A stretch of 64,000 nt of DNA from an uncultured Thermoleophilia bacterium (lineage in GTDB: Bacteria; Actinomycetota; Thermoleophilia; UBA2241), in the NCBI GenBank assembly GCA_963702475.1, contig CAVPCT010000004.1:64001-128000 (forward strand). Direction: 5' to 3'. Of the stretch, positions 10,451 to 20,482 are shown in pieces; the stretch's first letter is position 1, and each line of letters starts with the position of its first letter. Position numbers and translations under genes: made by a program. The notes under the pieces were generated by a model. The model did no database searches and was not told the DNA's origin. It saw only the letters and a list, made by a program, of their open reading frames with translations.

Positions 10451-12750
10451 GCCTCACCGCCCTTCGCGGCCACCACCGCGACGACCTTCTCGGGTGTCAC
10501 GGGGAGGTCAGTGAAGGTCACGTCCAAGGCGTGGTTCATGGCGTTCACGACGGCAGCGGCCGTCGGCACGGTGGCGATCTCGCCGATGCTCTTGGCACCG
10601 TAGGGCCCGTCATCGCCCTCGTGTTCGATGAAGAGCACGCGCACCTCGGGCATGTCGGGGGCGTTGACGAGGTGGTAGTTCTTGAACCCGCCGGACGCGG
10701 GCCGGCCGCGGTCGTCCAGCCGCACCTCTTCACACAGCGCATAGCCGATGCCCATCTGTACCCCGCCGAGATACTGGCCGCGCGCCATCAACGGGTTGAG
10801 TGCGCGGCCGACGTCCGCTGCCACCAGCAGGTCGGTGACCCGCGTGAGGCCGGTGGCGATGTCGACGGTGACCTCCGCGAACTGGACACAGTACGACCCG
10901 GGATTGCTGCGCGCCGTGTGCGTGTGGTGGACGAAGACGTCCTGTCCGAGCCGGGTCTTGGCCGCCATGACAACCTCGGCGTAGGCCAGGACGGCGGCGG
11001 CATCCGTGCGGCTGCGCACCTCGCCGGCGGCCGCCACCAGCTCCTGAGCGGGCCTGCCCAGCAGAACCGCGGCCAGCTCGACCAGCCGCGCACGCAGGGC
11101 GCCGGCGGTGGCCTGGGCGCCGGCGCCGCACACGTAGGTGACGCGGCTGCCGTAGCAGCCGAAGTCGTAGGGGGTCGCGTCGCTGTCGCCCTCGGTGACC
11201 AGCACGGCATCGGGGCTGATGCCCAGCTCCTCGGCGACGATGAGCTGCATCAGGGTGAGGCAGCCGGCGCCCATCTCGTGGAGCGAGGCCGAGAGCGCGA
11301 CGCTGCCGTCCTCGTTCATGCGCGCGGCCATGGTGCAGAAGTCGCTGAACGACTCGGAGAGGATGCCGTTCTTGTGGGCCGCACAGGCGAGGCCGACCCC
11401 GGTGCGATACCGTTCGGCGCGCGCCGGCGTCCGGCGCCGCTCGCGCCAGCCGAACGCCTCCGCACCACGCCTCAGACACTCGCGCACGCGGGCGTCGCCG
11501 AGCGCCATGCATGTGAGCGGTTCGACGTCGAAGGGCTCGACCAGGTTGCGCAGGCGCAGGTCGAGAGGGTCGATGCCCAGCCGGCGTGCGACCTGGTCCA
11601 TACCGATTTCGACCGCCGTGAGGATCTCCGGCGCCCCGTAGGCGCGGGCGCCGCCGGCCACCGGCGTCGTGGTGTACACCACCCGCCCGTGGTGGCGGTA
11701 GTGCGGCGTGCGGTAAAGCCGGCCGAACTTGTGCGACATCATCTCGGCGTAGTCGAGCGAACTGGTGGCGTAGGCGCCGGCGTCGAGGACGCAGTCCACG
11801 TCGACGCCGGCGAGGACGCCGTCGCCTTCCACCGTGAAAGACACCGTGGATTCCGTGGCGGGGCGCACCATCGTGGCGATGATGGCTTCCTCCCGGTCCA
11901 GCACCAGCTTGACCGGCCGGCCTGTGCGCAGCGCGAGGAACGCGGTGACCGGCTCGAGGATGAACTCCTGCTTGCCGCCGAAGGACCCGCCCATGGGGAT
12001 CTTCACGACCCGCACCTTGGTGTACGGCAGGCCGAACAGGTCGGCGACCACGGTCCTGGCTCCGAACACGCTCTGCGTAGGACTCCAGATCGTGAGCTTG
12101 CCGCTCCCGTCTGCGAGCGCAAGGCAGAGGTGCGCCTCCAGAGCTGCGTGGTGCACGCGCGGCGTACGCACCGTCGTGGTCACGGTGAGCGTGCCTGCAG
12201 ACGGCGGTGGCGCCTGCCCGGCCTCGTGCACGAACTCGTGTACCAGGTTGCCGCCGACGTGCACCGGCGGGGCACCGGCGGCCAGTCCCTGCTCCGGCGA
12301 CAGCACCGGTGGCAGCTCTTCGAACTCGAAGCGGATCAGGCGTGCCGCCTCGGCGGCGGCCCGCGGAGTGTCCGCCACAACCGCCGCCAGACGGTCGCCG
12401 ACGAAACGCGCGGTGTCTGTGAAGATCGGCTCATCCATGGGGCACTGCGCCTGACCGGGGAGGATGCGGTACCGGCTGTACAGGGCATCCGGCGCATCCC
12501 GGTGCGTGAACACGCCGGCCACGCCCGGGACCACTTCTGCGAGGGACGTGTCGACGGCGGTGACGCGTGCATGCGCCACGGGGCTCAGGACGAGCTTCGC
12601 GTGCAGCATGCCCGGGAGCACGAGGTCGTCGCCGTAGGCCAGGCCGCCGGTCGCCTTGAGCACGGCGTCGCTCACGGCGTGGTCTCTGCCGACGACGCGC
12701 AAGTGGCGCCGCCCTTGAGCTGTCGGCCTATCGGACGGTCGATCGGTCAA
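10447..12750 (-). CDS. Xanthine dehydrogenase family molybdopterin-binding subunit
   Basis: GGSFGGK, RAYGAPE, GSR and GAKSIGE (catalytic Glu); 767 aa; no CoxL AYxCSFR motif. Confidence 0.94.
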   Translation of the reverse strand: MTDRPSDRPTAQGRRHLRVVGRDHAVSDAVLKATGGLAYGDDLVLPGMLHAKLVLSPVAHARVTAVDTSLAEVVPGVAGVFTHRDAPDALYSRYRILPGQAQCPMDEPIFTDTARFVGDRLAAVVADTPRAAAEAARLIRFEFEELPPVLSPEQGLAAGAPPVHVGGNLVHEFVHEAGQAPPPSAGTLTVTTTVRTPRVHHAALEAHLCLALADGSGKLTIWSPTQSVFGARTVVADLFGLPYTKVRVVKIPMGGSFGGKQEFILEPVTAFLALRTGRPVKLVLDREEAIIATMVRPATESTVSFTVEGDGVLAGVDVDCVLDAGAYATSSLDYAEMMSHKFGRLYRTPHYRHHGRVVYTTTPVAGGARAYGAPEILTAVEIGMDQVARRLGIDPLDLRLRNLVEPFDVEPLTCMALGDARVRECLRRGAEAFGWRERRRTPARAERYRTGVGLACAAHKNGILSESFSDFCTMAARMNEDGSVALSASLHEMGAGCLTLMQLIVAEELGISPDAVLVTEGDSDATPYDFGCYGSRVTYVCGAGAQATAGALRARLVELAAVLLGRPAQELVAAAGEVRSRTDAAAVLAYAEVVMAAKTRLGQDVFVHHTHTARSNPGSYCVQFAEVTVDIATGLTRVTDLLVAADVGRALNPLMARGQYLGGVQMGIGYALCEEVRLDDRGRPASGGFKNYHLVNAPDMPEVRVLFIEHEGDDGPYGAKSIGEIATVPTAAAVVNAMNHALDVTFTDLPVTPEKVVAVVAAKGGEA

Positions 12751-12826
12751 ACGGTCTCCTTCGCAGGCGACGCTCGTACCCGCGGGGTGGTGACTCCGGG
12801 AGGGTGGCGCTCCGGGGCGTGGCCGC

Positions 12827-14485
12827 CTAGATGAGGTTGCCGGGCGGCCGGTCTTCGGGCCGGCTCTCGTTGAACCAGCGTTCGTAGTCTACACGGACCC
12901 GGCGCGCCGTTGGAGCCGCGCAGGCGCCGCCCTCGGAGGTGCACTTGAGCGCGGCCGGCAGGGCGCGGCCCACAGCGTCGGCGACGTCCATGGCCTCGTG
13001 CAACGGAAGCACCGCCTGGTGGCCGGCGAGCGCCATGTCGGCGAACACGTGCGCCGTGCACGTGGCCGCCATGATGCGGCTGCGGCACGGCTGGCTGAGG
13101 CCCCCGGGCATGGGGTCGCACGGCATGCCGGTGAAGGCCTGCAACGTGAGCGAGGCCGCGTCCTCGGCGGCCTGCGGCGGTCCACCGGCCATCTCCACGA
13201 TGCCGGCGGCCGCCATGGCGCCGCAGATGCCGGCCTCGCCGCTGCAGCCGAGCACCTCGCCGGTCGGCTCGGTGCGGGTGTAGGCGATGGCGCCGACGCC
13301 GGCGGCCACGAACAGGCCGTGAAGCAGGGCCTCGTCGTCGAAGCCGTGCGCCTCCTGCACGGCGCTGAGGGCGGCGTACACGTACCCGCCCCCGCCGCCC
13401 ATGGGCCCGGGCACGTTGACGACGCCGGGCACGCCGGCGCCCGCACCGTAGGCGAACCGGACCGTCTGCGCCGTGATGCCGTCGGTGAGCTGAGCGGGCG
13501 TGCCCTGGTGGCGCGCCCAGCGGCCGGCGAAGTCGGGCTTGAACGGACTGGACGGTACCGCGACGTCCTCCTCGTACACGGCGCGCGTCTGGCGGCGCAT
13601 CAGCGCCGCGAGCTCGCGCATACGGTCCACCACCCACGAGCGGGGCCAGCCGGAGGCGTCCATCTCGTACTGGACGGCGACCTCCCAGAGCGGGACGCCG
13701 CCCTCTGCCGCGAGCTCGCGCCAGCGCGTCATGCTGTCGAACAGCTGCGGCTTGCGGTCGCTCTGAGAGACTACCGGGAGGAGAGGCCGCAGGAGAGCCA
13801 CGCGCACGGCCGCGGCGGCGGCACCGAGCGCCCCGCGGACCGCCGACGCGTCAGGCTCGACGGACAGCTCGTGGACGTACATGACGCCGCGCCCCTCGGC
13901 GTGCACGGCCAGGGCCGAGAGCGCCTCCGGCAGCTCGGCCCGCACCCGCTCTACGTCTTCCGCCGTCAGCGTCTCGTGCGGGTCCTGCACGACGAGCACG
14001 AAGCTGTCGCCGATGGTCCGCACGGGGAAGCCGTCGAACGACACGGCCTCGACCATGCCGCCTCCCGTGGAGTTCCCCGCGAACGCGACCATGAGTCCGT
14101 CCCGGCCGGTGAGCACGAAGCGCACGGCGTTGGGGTGGTCGCTCTCTGCGACGTGGGTGAAGACGAACTCGACCTCGACGCCGGCCTCCTCAGCCAGCTC
14201 GAAGCTGCGGAAGAGGCGCGGGTCGTCGGGGAGCATGCCGAGGACGCCGGCCACCATGGCCCTGTCCTCGGCCATGATGCCGAACGTGCCGGCGAACGAG
14301 CCGTGCTCGTCCAGCTCGATGCGCGCCCTCTTCAGCGGCTCGCCCAGCAGGTCGCCGGCGAGCCGCCCCAGGCGGCAAGGCCCGGCGGTGTGCGAGCTCG
14401 AGCCCGGCTGCATCACCGGTCCGAACACGTCGTTGAAGAGCTCGGGGTAGGGCGCGACGATCACGGGATGGGCCTCCTCAGACAC
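12827..14485 (-). CDS. Fe-S L-serine dehydratase-like protein (fused beta-linker-alpha)
   Basis: GSSSHTAG, HPN, STGGG in the N-terminal part; GCSGE and CDP...PC cluster cysteines in the C-terminal part. Confidence 0.85.
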   Translation of the reverse strand: MSEEAHPVIVAPYPELFNDVFGPVMQPGSSSHTAGPCRLGRLAGDLLGEPLKRARIELDEHGSFAGTFGIMAEDRAMVAGVLGMLPDDPRLFRSFELAEEAGVEVEFVFTHVAESDHPNAVRFVLTGRDGLMVAFAGNSTGGGMVEAVSFDGFPVRTIGDSFVLVVQDPHETLTAEDVERVRAELPEALSALAVHAEGRGVMYVHELSVEPDASAVRGALGAAAAAVRVALLRPLLPVVSQSDRKPQLFDSMTRWRELAAEGGVPLWEVAVQYEMDASGWPRSWVVDRMRELAALMRRQTRAVYEEDVAVPSSPFKPDFAGRWARHQGTPAQLTDGITAQTVRFAYGAGAGVPGVVNVPGPMGGGGGYVYAALSAVQEAHGFDDEALLHGLFVAAGVGAIAYTRTEPTGEVLGCSGEAGICGAMAAAGIVEMAGGPPQAAEDAASLTLQAFTGMPCDPMPGGLSQPCRSRIMAATCTAHVFADMALAGHQAVLPLHEAMDVADAVGRALPAALKCTSEGGACAAPTARRVRVDYERWFNESRPEDRPPGNLI

Positions 14486-14523
14486 GTGCGGTCACCTCAC
14501 AGGCCCGCGTTCGCGCGGACCGC

Positions 14524-15651
14524 TCACGAATGATGGTACCGTTCATCACTGCGGTACCGCTCCGCGGCGCGGGCCACGGCGTCGCGGTCCAGCTCGAAGC
14601 CCAGACCCGGCGCGTCGAGCAGGCCGAGCTTGCCTCTCACCGGCGTCAGGTCCGGTGCGCTCACCAGGTCCTCGGTGAGCAGCTGATGCATGATCTGGTT
14701 ACCCTCGGTGAGATTGGCGGTGCGCAGGCCGAGGTGGTGCTGGGCGGTGTCCGTGATGCCGCTCACGCCCTGGCCGTGCAGGCACACCGAGACGCCGGCG
14801 GCCTCGGCGACTGCGGCGGCCTTGCCGAAGGCGAGCAGGCCGCCGGCCTCGTGCGGCGACAGGACGATGATGTCGGCCGCGCGCTGGCGGCAGATGTCGT
14901 ACACGTCGGCGGGCGTGAACACCGCCTGGTCGGCGGCGATGGGCACGCCGACCGACTCCTTGACCTGCCGCAGGGCGGCGATGCTGTGCAGCGGCGTGGG
15001 CTGCTCGATCCAGTCCGGCTCGAAACGCTCCAGCTTGCGGATCATGCTGATGGCCTCACCCACGCTCCAGGCGCAGTTCGGATCGAGCCGCAGGCGGAGG
15101 TCGCCGATGGCCTCGCGCACGGCGGCGGTGTTGGCGAGGTCGGCCCGCTCGCCGCGCCCGACCTTCATGTAGATGACGCCGTAGCCGTCGGCCGCGAGCC
15201 GCTCCGCGTGCGCGGCCAGCTCGTCCGTCGTGTCGCCCTGCACGAAGCCGAAGTAGTCGACCTCGTCACGCACCGCGCCGCCGAGCAGGCGGTAGACGGG
15301 CTGGCCGACTGACTTGCCGAGCGCGTCCCACAGAGCCATCTCCACGCCGGCCAGGACGAAGTTGGCATGCCAGGGCGTGTGGTTGAAGCTCCCCAGGTAG
15401 CGGGCCCGCGTGACGAGGCGCTCCACGTCCCACGCCGGCTCGCCGACGAACAGTGGCGTGACGCCGGCGATCTCGCTTGCCACGCCCTCGGCAGGGAACG
15501 CGGCCACGGATTCGCCCACACCGGAGACGCCCTCGTCGGTCACGACCTCGACCAGGACGACGGCGCACCCGTGGTCGACGCGCCCGTGCCAGTGGTACGG
15601 CTCGAGGAACCCGAGGGCCAGGGGCGTGGCCGAGATACGTGCGATCCTCAT
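14524..15651 (-). CDS. Mandelate racemase/muconate lactonizing enzyme (enolase superfamily)
   Basis: GVEMALWDALGK, metal ligands D(PN), E(QP), D(Q); ATG 15651 with GGAG RBS. Confidence 0.9.
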   Translation of the reverse strand: MRIARISATPLALGFLEPYHWHGRVDHGCAVVLVEVVTDEGVSGVGESVAAFPAEGVASEIAGVTPLFVGEPAWDVERLVTRARYLGSFNHTPWHANFVLAGVEMALWDALGKSVGQPVYRLLGGAVRDEVDYFGFVQGDTTDELAAHAERLAADGYGVIYMKVGRGERADLANTAAVREAIGDLRLRLDPNCAWSVGEAISMIRKLERFEPDWIEQPTPLHSIAALRQVKESVGVPIAADQAVFTPADVYDICRQRAADIIVLSPHEAGGLLAFGKAAAVAEAAGVSVCLHGQGVSGITDTAQHHLGLRTANLTEGNQIMHQLLTEDLVSAPDLTPVRGKLGLLDAPGLGFELDRDAVARAAERYRSDERYHHS

Positions 15652-15770
15652 GGCGGTCTCCGTTGCCGGCGTTCGCTGGCGCCGCGGGTCCGGAGCGCCG
15701 GTGAGCCCCGCGAGCGGGCACACACCAGTCTCTCGCCGGCCTCCGGCGGGCGCAATGTGATGGGCCACAC

Positions 15771-15786
15771 GTCCCGGATTCGGGAC
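15771..15786. promoter_or_regulatory. Palindromic operator GTCCCG-N4-CGGGAC in a divergent promoter region
   Basis: Perfect 6-bp arms next to TTGACG; same GTCC-N8-GGAC motif as at 29481, 36794 and 43649. Confidence 0.6.
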
Positions 15787-15962
15787 TGTGTTGACGGTCA
15801 CCCGCCCCTCGCGCCGCGAATGACGTTCCAGCGCGCTGGACGGGCTGAGGCCGTCGTTGACCTGTTCCGACAGCGCCCGGCATCATGTGTCGCGGCCACG
15901 AACGTCACGGCGCCCCATCCGGCGGTGCCCGGAGCGACATCCGGAAAGGACCCTCCCACACC

Positions 15963-17093
15963 ATGGCGATCGACGACATCACCTGCTCCTTCAAGGCCTC
16001 TGTGCAGGGCCTCGACTACTACTGGCCCGGGACGAGCATCCAGGAGGCCTGCGAACGCTTCGGCCTCAGACCCGACCGGGTCCTTAAAATGGCGTCCAAC
16101 GAGTGCGCCTACGGCCCCTCGCCCAAGGCCTTGGAGGCCGCGCGAGAGGCCCTGCTCCAGAGCGCGATCTACCCGTCGTCCAAGTACGACTACTCCGCGC
16201 TCACGCACGCGTTCGCCGGGTACGCCGGCGTCGATGCGAGCATGATCGCGCCGGCGCCAGGCTCCGAGACCATGGTCCGGTACCTGTGCGAGGTCTTCCT
16301 GGGCCACGGCACCGAGGCCGTCGTCTCGTCGCAGAGCTACGACGGCCACCAGATCGCCTCGTGCATCGCCGGCGCCGAGGTCAAAGCCGTGCCGCCGTCC
16401 GGCTACCGCTACGACGTGGACGGCCTCATCGCCGCCGTGACCGACAAGACGCGGGTGATCTGGGTGTGCAACCCGGACAATCCGTCCGGGACGATGCTGA
16501 CCAAGGCCGAGGCGCGGCGTCTGGTCGAGGCCGTGCCTCCGACGGTGGCAGTGGTGTTCGACGAGGCGTACCACGAGTTCGTCGACGACCCCGACTACGG
16601 CGACGGCATGGACCTGCTGCGCGAGGGGCACAGCAATGTGGTCGTCCTGCGGACCCTCTCCAAGGCGTTCGGTCTCGCGGCGATGCGCCTGGGCTACGCC
16701 ATCGCCGACCCCGAGCTGTGCGCGGTCGTGGACAACATCCGCGAGCCGTTCTACATCGCCGGGCCGTCGTGCGCAGCCGGGATCGCCGCGGTGACCGAGG
16801 ACCTCGACTGGTCGCGGCGCGTCTGCGCAGAGACCGTGTCCGAGCGCCACCGCGTCGAGCAGGCGCTCGCGGAGCTCGGATTGGGCGTCGTGCCGAGCCA
16901 GGCCAACTTCGTCCTTGCGGACACGCACCGCGACGGCACCGAGCTGTACGAGCGCCTCATGCGGCACGGCATCATCGTGCGCCTCGGCTCCATCTGGGGC
17001 TGGGACACGCACGTGCGCATCACCATCGGCATGCCGGAACACAACGACCGCATGCTGGCGGCGATGCAGGAGGAGCTCCGCGCGGCGGACTGA
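15963..17093 (+). CDS. hisC: Histidinol-phosphate aminotransferase-like class I/II aminotransferase
   Basis: KMASNE, CNPDNPSG, DEAY, RTLSKAFGLAAMRLGY, SQANF. No other his biosynthesis genes nearby, so the role may be catabolic. Confidence 0.85.
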   Translation: MAIDDITCSFKASVQGLDYYWPGTSIQEACERFGLRPDRVLKMASNECAYGPSPKALEAAREALLQSAIYPSSKYDYSALTHAFAGYAGVDASMIAPAPGSETMVRYLCEVFLGHGTEAVVSSQSYDGHQIASCIAGAEVKAVPPSGYRYDVDGLIAAVTDKTRVIWVCNPDNPSGTMLTKAEARRLVEAVPPTVAVVFDEAYHEFVDDPDYGDGMDLLREGHSNVVVLRTLSKAFGLAAMRLGYAIADPELCAVVDNIREPFYIAGPSCAAGIAAVTEDLDWSRRVCAETVSERHRVEQALAELGLGVVPSQANFVLADTHRDGTELYERLMRHGIIVRLGSIWGWDTHVRITIGMPEHNDRMLAAMQEELRAAD

Positions 17094-17159
17094 GGACTTC
17101 GCGCAGGCGTACGCGCCGAACATCGCCCTTCGAACGCCGACGGACGGGGCCGCGTACGT

Positions 17160-17195
17160 GAAGAGGGCGGGGCGTCTTCACGCCCCGCCCTCTTC
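17160..17195 (+). terminator. GC-rich hairpin after the hisC-like gene
   Basis: GAAGAGGGCGGGGCGT-CTTC-ACGCCCCGCCCTCTTC, a perfect 16-bp stem. Confidence 0.7.
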
Positions 17196-17538
17196 GGCGG
17201 GAAGTCCGCGGCCGCAAGGCCCCCGCACAAGCGACCGGGACCCCTCATTCGTCGCCCACCCTCCCGTCCCTTCATGCCGTCACCGTTTGGCGCGCCGTCC
17301 GCATCCAGGCCGGCCGCGGCCGACGTGAGCCGCGCCGCGATCGTGATCCCGTCGCCGTGCCAGTCGCTCGCCTGAGAGGGATCGACGGCGACGCGGTAGC
17401 CACTGGCTCCGGGGGCCTCGACGCCGCGCGGCTCCGCGCAGCCTGCGGCGGGAAGCGGCGTGACGCCCCGCTTTCCGAGGGCCCAAGCGGGGTAGGCTAC
17501 GGGGCGGCGGCGGCACCCGGAGCAGGAGGCGCCTTCTG

Positions 17539-18396
17539 ATGCTCGGTTTCATCTTCATCGGCGGCTGGGGCAACGTGAAGAAGCAGCTCGTCGGCAGTGT
17601 CGGGTTGCACACCTGTCCGGTCTGTCACCAGCTCGCTCGCTGGGACGTGTACCGGATCGACAAACGGGCCACCGTCTACTTCGTGCCCGTCTATACCTAC
17701 GCCTCGGAGAAGGTCGTACTGTGCTCCAACTGCCACAACGGAGCAGAGGTGAGCGACCTGGACATCGCGAATCTCCGGGCGCAGGGGCAGGCTGCCGCTC
17801 CGCGACCACCCGCGCCCGCAGGGCCGGTGCCTGCCGCGACGACGTCACCCCCGGCGGGATTCCGGCCGGCGCCGGCCGCCCCGACCGTGCAGCCGCGCCC
17901 CGCGTCCCGGCCGGCGCCTCCTCCCGCGGCGCCACCTGCGCAAGCGACGCCGGTCCAACAGGCGGTCCCCGCGGGTCCGTCTCTTGCGCCGGCGCCCATC
18001 CAGCCCGCCCGCATCGCGCCGGCACCGCCGGGCGCGGACCGCCACGTCGTCACGTGGCTGCGCAACGTCCGGGCGATGCTGCTCAAGTACGGCTACTTCG
18101 CCCAGGACGTGCGCTGGTACGAGAAGCCCTACGACATCCCGTGCGAGCTCAGCGCGACCTTTCTGCAGAACGGCGCCACCTACGTCGTCACCCTGCACCG
18201 CAAGGAGGAGTTCGCGCAGCGCTACGGCGCCGCTCTGCAGGCCGACCCCTCTGTGCAGCAGGCCACCGGGGCCGGCCTGCACCTGCTGCGGGTCGTCGAC
18301 AAGCGCGTGCTTCGCGTGCACGACGCTCGCGGCGTGAACGGCGGGCAGCTCGAGACGTGGGCCAAGACCGTCGGCTGGTACCCGCTGCCGAAGTAG
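17539..18396 (+). CDS. Zinc-ribbon domain protein with Pro/Ala-rich linker and unknown C-terminal domain
   Basis: CPVC...VYFVPV...CSNC zinc-ribbon pattern; AGGAGG RBS. Confidence 0.8.
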   Translation: MLGFIFIGGWGNVKKQLVGSVGLHTCPVCHQLARWDVYRIDKRATVYFVPVYTYASEKVVLCSNCHNGAEVSDLDIANLRAQGQAAAPRPPAPAGPVPAATTSPPAGFRPAPAAPTVQPRPASRPAPPPAAPPAQATPVQQAVPAGPSLAPAPIQPARIAPAPPGADRHVVTWLRNVRAMLLKYGYFAQDVRWYEKPYDIPCELSATFLQNGATYVVTLHRKEEFAQRYGAALQADPSVQQATGAGLHLLRVVDKRVLRVHDARGVNGGQLETWAKTVGWYPLPK

Positions 18397-18609
18397 ACGC
18401 ACCCGCCGGACGACGCCGGCCGAGAGCGCGCCGGCGGGCTGCGCACTGCGGCGCCTGACCCCCGGGGGCTGCAGCCGACGCCCGAACCTGCCGATGTGAC
18501 CCCGTGAGACCAGGGTCGCCACGCATTCCTGACACCGCAAGCCGCGGCCTTGGAGACAGCGGGCGCTGCGACCGATCGCGTCGCGGAGCCGCATACGGAG
18601 GGAGGTCCG

Positions 18610-19771
18610 GTGGATAGGACAGCAGGCAGGCCGCGCGCGAGGGCTGCGCTCATCGGTCGCGCTGGTCGTCGCCGTCACGCTGGCGCCGGTCTGGGCGATG
18701 GTGATGCTGACGACAGGACCGGCGGCGGCCTCACAGCAGGCAGCCGCCGCCGAGACCATCCTCACCCTGCGCATGCAGGGCGACCACGACACCATGTGGC
18801 TGGTGTCGAACGAGGGCACCGCCACGGCGGCCGGTGAGCTGCCGGGTACCGCAGAGATGGTGGCCGCCTCGCCGGACGGTTCGTCCGTTGCGTACATGCC
18901 GTTCGAAGGCAAACCGTTCGTGTGGATAGGCTACGGGCCGGCGGCACCCAAGACCATCCCGCTGGCCTCGGCCGGCATCAAGACCATCACGGGTCTCACG
19001 TGGATCAGCGAGACCCAGCTCGTCGTCTCCGGCTCAGCTAAGGCCCTGTCCGGCTACGGCTATTACGACAAGCTGTACACCGTCGACGTCGCGAGCGGCG
19101 CGGTGGCCCCGTTCCGCAGGCTGAGCGGTACGGATCCCTACGCCGCGCCCAGTGCCGGCAAGCTCATGTACGTGAACTTCAAGGTCGTGAAGAAGGGTAA
19201 GACGCAGCGCGTCACCGAGACGCTCATGCTGGCCGACATCAACGGCAGCGGCGCCGGCAGGCAGCTCGACTCCGATGTCTACACCCTGCCGGCGGCCTAC
19301 CGCGCCTTCGCCGCGCCGGAGCTCGCCCCGGGCGGCGACTGGTTCGCGTACGGCACCACCGGCAGCGACGTGAGCGTGCGCTACACCATCGACTTCGTCG
19401 ACAGCGAGACGTGGCAGCCGTGGCTCACGATGTGGATGCCCACGCCCCTGGCCATCGCCTGGGCACCCGCCAGTCCGCTGCTTGCGCTCGGCGGCAGCGC
19501 CGTCGGGCCCGACGACCACGGCAGCGTGTACATCTTCGACGTAGCTGGCGGCGACGTGGGCCGGACGTCAAGGGACCTTCTGTCGAAGGCCGGCATCGAG
19601 TGGATCATGGACATGGACTGGTCTGCCGACGGCCACATCGTGGCCGACGGGCTGACCAGGGACGACAGCGGGCCTGTCGCCGACGTGGAGCACGCACTGC
19701 TCCTCGACAGCGGCGACCTCACCACGCTGAAGGACCTCGGCGAGGGCCGTTTCTCCGTGTGGGTGCGGTGA
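18610..19771 (+). CDS. Secreted TolB/WD40-like beta-propeller protein, apparent frameshift near 18655
   Basis: GGAGGGAGG RBS and GTG 18610. Removing one G joins the signal peptide MDRTAGRPRARAALIVALVVAVTLAP to ORF 18698; SPDG, WAP and WSADG blade motifs. Confidence 0.65.
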
Positions 19772-20033
19772 GCGCGGGAGGCTGAGGGCCGCGGAGACTC
19801 GACGGGCTCGCACTGGGCGAGTGCGCGTCCACTCGCAGGCCCAGATCCGCTCGCCGTCAACGAACTCGCTCAAGCTGTCGAACTCGCGGCCAAGCTTGTC
19901 GGCGAAGACGAGGAAGCGCTGATCGGGCATGCCGGCCCGCTTGTTGACGAGCGCCGTGCTCCCAGACGATCCAGGGTCCCGAGCTGCTACGCTGGCCGAC
20001 AGCCCGATACGCAGGCCGACACGGAGCGTCACG

Positions 20034-20420
20034 ATGACCGCATGCATCTTCTGCCAGCCTGAACCCGGGCGCGTCTTCCTCGAGAACGAGCTCGCCTACG
20101 CCTTGTGGGACTCGTTCCCGGTCGCGGAGCTGCACGCGCTCGTGATCCCGCGGCGGCACGTGCCGGACTACTTCAGCCTCACCACCGACGAGGTGCTGGC
20201 CTGCGACGAGCTGCTGCGCCAGGCGCGCGACCTGATGTGCGGCCGCGACGGCACCGTCGAGGGCTTCAACATCGGCATGAACGTGGGCGCCACGGCCGGG
20301 CAGACCATCTTTCACTGTCACATCCACCTCATTCCGAGAAGGACGGGGGACGTGCAGAACCCGCGCGGCGGCGTGCGCCGGGTGATCCCGCGCAAGGGCT
20401 GGTACCCGGAGCCCGGGTGA
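20034..20420 (+). CDS. HIT family hydrolase
   Basis: CIFC, GFNIGMNVG..AGQTIFHCHIHLIPR histidine triad. Confidence 0.93.
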   Translation: MTACIFCQPEPGRVFLENELAYALWDSFPVAELHALVIPRRHVPDYFSLTTDEVLACDELLRQARDLMCGRDGTVEGFNIGMNVGATAGQTIFHCHIHLIPRRTGDVQNPRGGVRRVIPRKGWYPEPG

Positions 20421-20482
20421 GCGACCCCGGCGACGCCCTAGGGGGCGGCGGGCGCAGCCGGCCCGCCTGACCCGCCCGCCCG

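Noticed and set aside
10447-12750. Aerobic CO dehydrogenase CoxL
   Set aside because: Lacks the AYxCSFR motif; has RAYGAPE instead.
17800-18030. Repetitive CCGGCG-rich tract as a DNA repeat or CRISPR
   Set aside because: It encodes a Pro/Ala linker; no fixed repeat-spacer periodicity.
18400-18600. Riboswitch in the leader of the secreted protein, or cobalamin riboswitches near the methyltransferases
   Set aside because: Only short hairpins; I could not find a recognisable conserved aptamer core or B12 box by eye.
19771-20030. Coding-like stretch (VNELAQAVELAAKLVGEDEEALIG) before the HIT gene
   Set aside because: No start or RBS and no recognisable family; too short to support.
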